Of a stretch of 36,854 nt of DNA, positions 31,086 through 36,854 are shown piece by piece (within the stretch, counting starts at the first letter, position 1; each line of letters opens with the position of its first letter). The stretch is from Actinomycetota bacterium (GTDB lineage Bacteria; Actinomycetota; Humimicrobiia; Humimicrobiales; Humimicrobiaceae). The translations under genes were made by a program, and so were the position numbers. The notes under the pieces were generated by a model that saw only the letters and a list, made by a program, of their open reading frames with translations, made no database searches and had not been told where the DNA came from. The stretch lies in NCBI GenBank assembly GCA_018400395.1, contig JAGYMN010000003.1, positions 1 through 36,854 of the forward strand. The letters are read 5' to 3'.

Positions 31086-32927
31086 GTGTGTGGAATAGTA
31101 GCATATATAGGTAAAGAAAATTGCAGGGATATCATATTAGAGGGTCTTAAAAGGCTGGAGTACAGGGGATATGATTCTGCTGGAATAGCCATATTAAATA
31201 CCAATACTGATGATGGGGAACCGGCAGTAGAAATAATAAAGGAAGCCGGTAAGATACGGGATATGGAAGCACTTGCGGTTAAGTCAAAAATAGATGGAAA
31301 ATGCGGAATAGGACATACAAGATGGGCCACACATGGTGAACCGACTGCAGTTAATGCTCATCCCCATAAAGATTGTACGGGGAAAATAGCCCTGGTGCAT
31401 AATGGAATAATTGAAAATTATGAGCAGCTCCGTGAGGAATTAAAAAGTCAGGGGCATAATTTCTTATCTGAAACAGATACTGAAGTTTTACCACACCTTC
31501 TTGAAAAATATTATGATGGCGATTTACTTGCAGCCATGCAGGAGCTTGTTAAAAGAATAAAAGGCTCCGGAGCTATAGCTGCTATTTCATCTCACTGCCC
31601 GGATGAGATAATAGGAGCAAGAATCGCAAGCCCGCTTATTGCCGGAGTTTCTAAAATGGGAAATTTTCTGGCTTCAGATATGCCTGCGGTGCTGAAACAT
31701 ACACGGAAGTTTCTGATAATAAACGATTATGAAACCGTAAGACTTACGGAGGGCGGGGTAGAGATTTTTTCCAGGGATGGCAGGCCTGTAAATAGGAAAC
31801 CTTTTAAAGCAAACTGGAGCATAGAAAGTGCTGAAAAAAGCGGCTATGAAGATTTTATGTTAAAGGAGATATTCGAGCAGCCATATGGTGTAAAAGAGAC
31901 GATGAGAGGAAGACTGACAGATGGGGAACCGGGTTTTGAAGAATCCGGCCTTACCTGTGATCAGATAAAAGGTCTAAGTAAGGTCCAGATAATAGCATGC
32001 GGCTCATCTTATCATGCTGCCCTTATCGGTAAACAGGTCATAGAGAAATGGTCAAAGATACCTGTGGAAGTAGATTTCTCTTCAGAGTACCGCTATAGAG
32101 ACCCTCTTGTGGAAAAAGACAGTCTTTCAATTGCTATTTCACAATCAGGGGAGACAATAGACACTCTTGCTGCTATAAGGGAGGCAAAATCTAAGGGCGC
32201 AAGGGTAATGGCAATCACAAATGTTGTAGGAAGTACTATTGCCAGAGAATCGGATTCTGTTATATATACGCATGCAGGTCCGGAAATAGGAGTATGCGCT
32301 ACCAAGACTTTTACATCACAGATAATAATCATGTATCTGATGGGATTGTATTTTGGGCGTCTAAGGGGATTTATTGATAAAGAGCGTTACAGGGAAATAA
32401 TCAGTCAGTTAAATATGATCCCCGGTAAGATACAGAATATCCTCGACAGGGCGGAGGAGCTCAAAAAAATTGCAGAACATACATACCGAAAATCATGTTT
32501 TTTATTTCTTGGGAGGAAACATGGGCTCCCCGCAGCCCTGGAAGGTGCGCTGAAACTAAAAGAGATATCCTATATACATGCCGAAGGCTATCCGGCAGGA
32601 GAAATGAAGCATGGTCCCATAGCACTAACTGATACTGGTACAGTTGTGGTTGGTATAATGCCTTTGGATTCAGTTTATGAAAAGATGCTGTCAAATATCC
32701 AGGAAGTAAGAGCAAGAAGGGCTATGATATTTTCCATTGTTTCTGAAAATGATGGAAGTATACATGAATATGCGGATTATACTTTTAAAGTTCCTGAAAC
32801 ACCTGAGGAACTTTATGGTATAATCACAATAATACCTCTCCAATTATATTCGTATTATATTGCTAAAAATCTTGGGAGAAATGTCGACCAGCCTAGGAAT
32901 CTGGCAAAAAGTGTTACAGTGGAGTAG
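31086..32927 (+). CDS. glmS: Glutamine--fructose-6-phosphate aminotransferase
   Basis: (M)CGIV, LEYRGYDSAG, GHTRWATHG, SQSGET, EMKHGP, DQPRNLAKSVTVE; GTG start. Confidence 0.99.
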   Translation: MCGIVAYIGKENCRDIILEGLKRLEYRGYDSAGIAILNTNTDDGEPAVEIIKEAGKIRDMEALAVKSKIDGKCGIGHTRWATHGEPTAVNAHPHKDCTGKIALVHNGIIENYEQLREELKSQGHNFLSETDTEVLPHLLEKYYDGDLLAAMQELVKRIKGSGAIAAISSHCPDEIIGARIASPLIAGVSKMGNFLASDMPAVLKHTRKFLIINDYETVRLTEGGVEIFSRDGRPVNRKPFKANWSIESAEKSGYEDFMLKEIFEQPYGVKETMRGRLTDGEPGFEESGLTCDQIKGLSKVQIIACGSSYHAALIGKQVIEKWSKIPVEVDFSSEYRYRDPLVEKDSLSIAISQSGETIDTLAAIREAKSKGARVMAITNVVGSTIARESDSVIYTHAGPEIGVCATKTFTSQIIIMYLMGLYFGRLRGFIDKERYREIISQLNMIPGKIQNILDRAEELKKIAEHTYRKSCFLFLGRKHGLPAALEGALKLKEISYIHAEGYPAGEMKHGPIALTDTGTVVVGIMPLDSVYEKMLSNIQEVRARRAMIFSIVSENDGSIHEYADYTFKVPETPEELYGIITIIPLQLYSYYIAKNLGRNVDQPRNLAKSVTVE

Positions 32928-32934
32928 GGAAGTT

Positions 32935-33315
32935 TTGGAAATATATGCAGTTGGGACAGATATAATAGAAGTAGAGAGGATAACTGCAGCTATTGAAAAA
33001 AATAATTCTTTCAGGGAAAGAATCTATACCCTGCAGGAAATAGAATATTGTGAAAAAAAGAGCAGAGGTAAATACTCTGCTTATGCAGCACGTTTTGCAG
33101 CTAAGGAGGCTGTTGCAAAGTCCCTTTTAGAGGGATTCGGCAAGAAGATCTCCCCTTCAGAAATTGAAGTTCAGACAAACAAAAACGGTGCACCATGGAT
33201 AATGCTTCACGGCAGGACAGAGCGGTACGGCAGGGAACTAGGCATAGGAGAGATAAAGATATCGATGTCAGCGACAGAAAATTATGCGGTTGCATATGCC
33301 GTGTCTTTAAAGTAA
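32935..33315 (+). CDS. acpS: Holo-[acyl-carrier-protein] synthase
   Basis: GTDIIEVERI, ARFAAKEAVAKS, GAP, ISMS; likely TTG start 7 nt after the glmS stop. Confidence 0.95.
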   Translation: MEIYAVGTDIIEVERITAAIEKNNSFRERIYTLQEIEYCEKKSRGKYSAYAARFAAKEAVAKSLLEGFGKKISPSEIEVQTNKNGAPWIMLHGRTERYGRELGIGEIKISMSATENYAVAYAVSLK

Positions 33316-33348
33316 TAATAATCTTAAGAATTGTTTTTCTATATTTAT

Positions 33349-33357
33349 TGTTATAAT
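33349..33357 (+). promoter_or_regulatory. Putative extended -10 promoter for nnr-CBS-alr
   Basis: TGtTATAAT in the AT-rich 102-nt acpS-nnr gap; no clear -35. Confidence 0.4.
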
Positions 33358-33417
33358 CTATTATATTATAGAAAATTCTTGATAATAAATTTTTAAAATA
33401 TAAGTTCGGAGAGTGAA

Positions 33418-35103
33418 TTGTATCAAAAAGAAAAAGAATTCAGGCTGAACAGGATCTTGATGGGAAGCCGGGTAGCGGAAATAGACAGGAAAGCCATTAG
33501 TGATGGAATAGACTCAAAAAAACTTATGAAAAATGCCGGTACGGGAGTAGCAAAAGAGATTATTTATGATTACAGTGATTATGGATTGAAAAGGTCGCCC
33601 CGTGGTGTTGTAATCAGCGGGGGCGGTAATAATGGTGGAGACGGTTTTGTTGCAGCAGGGTGCCTGATAGAAGCCGGCTTTGATGTAAAAGTCTTTCATG
33701 TAACTCTTCCCGAAAAATTTTCTTCTGATTCATACTATTACTACAATAAGCTTATTGAGAAAAACCCCGGACTTTTAGAGTACCTCGAATCCGCGGACTC
33801 TGAAGCTTTTAATGACCGGCTCAAAAAATGTGATTTTATAGTCGATGCTATATTTGGTACCGGCCTCCATAAAAATCAGGTAAGAAGACCTGCACTTGAT
33901 ATTATTGATTCAATAAATTCTTCAAGGATGAAGAATAAAAATATAAGAGTTTATTCTGTAGATATACCCTCCGGAGTCGACTCTGACAATGGAAAGGTGC
34001 TTGGGAGTGCAGTATATGCGGACAAAACCATAACATTCGGGTGTAAAAAGATTGGTAATATAAATTATCCGGGAGCAAGCCATAACGGTTCCCTAAAAGT
34101 ACTTGATATTGGTATTCCCTCAAAATATTTTGAGGGATATGAAAAAATTTTTGAACCGTCTTTGGAATGGGTATCTGAAAAACTTCCCCGGAGGCTGCCA
34201 TGGACCTATAAGCACAGGGTCGGTAAGCTTCTTGTAATAGCCGGATCCAGGGGTTTTACAGGGGCAGCAGCAATGACCTGCATGAGTGCAATGAGGGCGG
34301 GGGCCGGCCTGGTCTCACTTGCCTGTCCCGGGGACACAAATGCTATATTTGAAGAAAAGCTTACAGAAGTAATAACCTATCCCATGGAGCAGACTGACAG
34401 TGTGTCCCTTCATTATAAAAGTCTTGATAAAATAATGGATCTCGCAGCCAGAAATGATGCAGCAGTTATAGGCCCGGGTATTTCAAGGGAACCTGAAACT
34501 ATCCGCCTTGTAAGGGAACTAATCAGCAGTCTGGAAATACCGGTACTGCTTGATGCAGATGGCCTGCAGGCTCTTACCGCTCTTAATAATGTTAAAGATG
34601 AACAAAAAACAGGGCATGCTGACCTTATAATAACCCCCCATGCCGGAGAGCTTTCTTCTATAATGGGAATAAATAAAATACCCCTGGAAAAAAGACTTGA
34701 GGTTAACGAGGATTCAAGTATAAAATTCAGGGCCGTCTCTGTTCTTAAAGGTGCAGGGACAATCATATCAGCGTTACTCCCGGGCAGAAAGAGCGGAGAA
34801 ATTAGAAGCAGGGATAATGGGGAAGTCAAAAATAATGTGACAAGCTTTATTAATCCTACAGGCAACTGGGGGATGGCAAGTGCAGGTACGGGAGATATAC
34901 TATCCGGTATAATAGGCTCGCTTTTATGTCAGGGCATGAAACCACTCGAGGCTGCCGTATGCGGGACGTACATACACGGAATGGCGGCAGATATAGTATC
35001 CAGAAAAAGCAGCAGGACCGCTCTTATTGCAACGGATCTTCTTGAAGGCATGAAAGATGTATTTCTGGAAATAGAAAAAATAAAATATGCAAAGGAGTTT
35101 TAA
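33418..35103 (+). CDS. nnr: Bifunctional NAD(P)HX epimerase/dehydratase (YjeF)
   Basis: GNNGGDG, VDAIFGTG, DIPSG (YjeF_N); GPG, LDADGL, TPHAGEL, AGTGDILSG (YjeF_C); TTG start. Confidence 0.95.
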   Translation: MYQKEKEFRLNRILMGSRVAEIDRKAISDGIDSKKLMKNAGTGVAKEIIYDYSDYGLKRSPRGVVISGGGNNGGDGFVAAGCLIEAGFDVKVFHVTLPEKFSSDSYYYYNKLIEKNPGLLEYLESADSEAFNDRLKKCDFIVDAIFGTGLHKNQVRRPALDIIDSINSSRMKNKNIRVYSVDIPSGVDSDNGKVLGSAVYADKTITFGCKKIGNINYPGASHNGSLKVLDIGIPSKYFEGYEKIFEPSLEWVSEKLPRRLPWTYKHRVGKLLVIAGSRGFTGAAAMTCMSAMRAGAGLVSLACPGDTNAIFEEKLTEVITYPMEQTDSVSLHYKSLDKIMDLAARNDAAVIGPGISREPETIRLVRELISSLEIPVLLDADGLQALTALNNVKDEQKTGHADLIITPHAGELSSIMGINKIPLEKRLEVNEDSSIKFRAVSVLKGAGTIISALLPGRKSGEIRSRDNGEVKNNVTSFINPTGNWGMASAGTGDILSGIIGSLLCQGMKPLEAAVCGTYIHGMAADIVSRKSSRTALIATDLLEGMKDVFLEIEKIKYAKEF

Positions 35104-35104
35104 T

Positions 35105-35566
35105 ATGTCCGGAGAACAGACAGTCAAAGATATAATGATAAGGAAAGTTATCACAATTAACAAAGATGCATCCGTGGAAGAATTATCTTCACTGCTTGTT
35201 AAGAATAAAATAAGCGGGGTTCCGGTGGTTGACAGCAGTGGAAGACTTGTTGGAATTGCTACCGAGGGAGATCTTATAATCAAGGACTCCGACCTTCACT
35301 TTCCCAGATATTTCAAACTGCTGGACAGTATAATATATCTGGAGAGCCTGAATAAGTTTAAAAATAACCTCAAAAAATATCTGGGCACAAAGGTCGGGGA
35401 TATTATGACATCCGATGTTATAACTGTTAAGGAAGACACTGCTGTGAGCGAAGCTGCAGACCTTATGATCAAATATAATATCAACCGGCTCCCTGTAATG
35501 AGTAATAAGGATGAACTGGTTGGCATTGTAGCCAGGGCGGACATAGTGAGGTCGATGATAAAATAA
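35105..35566 (+). CDS. Stand-alone CBS-pair domain protein
   Basis: VKDIM..VITI, ISGVPVVD..LVGI.TEGDL, KVGDIMT, INRLPV..LVGIV.RADI; ATG 35105 after AAGGAG. Confidence 0.92.
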   Translation: MSGEQTVKDIMIRKVITINKDASVEELSSLLVKNKISGVPVVDSSGRLVGIATEGDLIIKDSDLHFPRYFKLLDSIIYLESLNKFKNNLKKYLGTKVGDIMTSDVITVKEDTAVSEAADLMIKYNINRLPVMSNKDELVGIVARADIVRSMIK

Positions 35567-35593
35567 TAATATTAAAATCCCGAAAGGAGCCGG

Positions 35594-36769
35594 ATGCAGC
35601 CTGAGCGTTTAAAAGACAATCGTTGTGCCTGGGTTGAAGTTGATCTTGCAAATCTTGAAAATAATATAAAGGTGATAAAATCCTACAGGTCCGGACCCGG
35701 GACAAAAATAATGGCAGTGGTAAAAGCAGATGCATACGGACACGGAGCTGTTGAGATATCCAGACGGGCCGTAAAAAGCGGTGCTGATGCTCTGGGAGTG
35801 GCGATTGCCGATGAAGGTATTCTGCTAAGGAAAAACGGAATAAAGGTTCCAATTTACATACTCGGTAAATGTACAGAAGCAGCCGCAGAAGATGCAATAA
35901 AAAATAAACTTATTCTTACAATAGATTCCGCTGAATCCGCTAAATTTTATTCCGGTGTTGCCGGAAAGCTGGGCCGTGTAGCACCTGTAAACATAAACGT
36001 AGATACCGGCATGAACAGAATCGGAATAAACTGGAAAAATATATCAGAAATATTATCTGTGCTGGACTTAAAAAATTTAAATGCTGAAGGTATATTTTCA
36101 CATTTTTCCTGTGCGGGGGAGAAGGATGCCTATTTTACCTTAAAACAGATGCAGAGGTTCTCTGAAACAAGAGAAAAACTGGCCGGACTTGGGATATCAT
36201 TTAAAAACATACATTTTGCAAACAGCGCAGCATTTTTCCGTTTTAAAGATACACATTTTAATATGGTCAGGACCGGTATTTCCCTGTACGGGCTGAACCC
36301 TTACAGTAAAGGATGGCAATACTGGCTGCCAGAAAAGGCCAGAGAGTCTGTATCCCGGTTAAAACCCGTGCTGTCCCTAAAAGGCAGGATATCTTTTGTT
36401 AAAGAAACTGCCAGCGGCGAACATGTTTCATATTGCCGTACCTTTACAACAAAAAGAGATTCAGTAATCGCAACCATACCTGTTGGTTATGCTGACGGTT
36501 ACAGCAGGATACTGTCAAACAGGTCAAAAGTACTCCTGGGAGGGATGGAAGCCCCGGTAATAGGAAATATAACCATGGATCAGTTCATGATTGATGTTAC
36601 AGATATTTCGAAGAAGAGGAAGATATTACCGGGAGAAGAAGTGATTATAATAGGTTCTTCAGGTGATAAAAAAATATCGGCAGATGACCTGGCAGAAATA
36701 ATGGGTACAATAAATTATGAAGTGATATGCATGATTAGAAGCAGAATTCCCCGGGTTTATAAAAAATGA
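35594..36769 (+). CDS. alr: Alanine racemase
   Basis: AVVKADAYGHG (PLP Lys), DTGMNRIG, SHF, NSAA, VSY (catalytic Tyr), PVGYADG, MDQ, TINYE. Confidence 0.97.
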   Translation: MQPERLKDNRCAWVEVDLANLENNIKVIKSYRSGPGTKIMAVVKADAYGHGAVEISRRAVKSGADALGVAIADEGILLRKNGIKVPIYILGKCTEAAAEDAIKNKLILTIDSAESAKFYSGVAGKLGRVAPVNINVDTGMNRIGINWKNISEILSVLDLKNLNAEGIFSHFSCAGEKDAYFTLKQMQRFSETREKLAGLGISFKNIHFANSAAFFRFKDTHFNMVRTGISLYGLNPYSKGWQYWLPEKARESVSRLKPVLSLKGRISFVKETASGEHVSYCRTFTTKRDSVIATIPVGYADGYSRILSNRSKVLLGGMEAPVIGNITMDQFMIDVTDISKKRKILPGEEVIIIGSSGDKKISADDLAEIMGTINYEVICMIRSRIPRVYKK

Positions 36770-36854
36770 CAGATCGGGAGTGTATGGATTTTTTAAATAA
36801 TTCTTATTCAGTATTGTACTTTATTTATAAAATACTTAATATAATTTCAAAAAA

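Noticed and set aside
992-35897. Dozens of minus-strand ORFs of 60-186 aa in the ORF track (e.g. 992-1468, 2645-3127, 7262-7732, 29941-30501)
   Set aside because: All are antisense shadows of conserved plus-strand genes, rich in Ser/Phe/Leu/Ile as expected from the reverse of purine-rich codons, with no recognisable motifs
36814-36845. Promoter-like TTGTAC...TAATAT/TATAAT after alr
   Set aside because: Very AT-rich context, poor -35, and the downstream gene lies outside the window
1-36854. CRISPR arrays, tRNA/rRNA genes, IS elements, inteins or introns in rpoB/rpoC, defence systems
   Set aside because: No spaced repeats, no intergenic gap with tRNA-like structure, no transposase or integrase ORFs; the RpoC inserts lack intein termini (C/S...HN) and keep the reading frame

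Overview
A 36.9-kb, entirely plus-strand housekeeping block from an AT-rich bacterium. It holds the 3' end of rplL, rpoBC, the str operon, the S10/spc/alpha ribosomal-protein superoperon, truA-rplM-rpsI, and a cell-wall/cofactor cluster (PLP amino-acid racemase, glmS, acpS, nnr, CBS protein, alr). Protein signatures (L17 N-terminus, IF-1, RpoB ...ELGINL tail, beta' N-terminal coiled-coil insert, rplQ-truA-rplM-rpsI...glmS...nnr...alr order) suggest a deep-branching low-GC Actinomycetota lineage; this is inference, not a search result. I see no mobile elements, CRISPR, RNA genes or novel multi-gene system. The unusual points are inside core genes. (1) infA, missed by the ORF track, has no ATG/GTG/TTG at its N-terminus and appears to start at ATT; an overlapping uORF with an in-frame A_AAA_AAG slippery site is an alternative route. 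(2) RpoC carries both a ~110-aa trigger-loop (SI3-like) insertion and a poly-Asp tract in its N-terminal insert. (3) rpmD (uL30) is absent from its usual place. (4) An ornithine-racemase-like gene sits where glmM usually lies. (5) RpoB, uS3 and uL29 have long charged tails. (6) About a third of genes use non-ATG starts.
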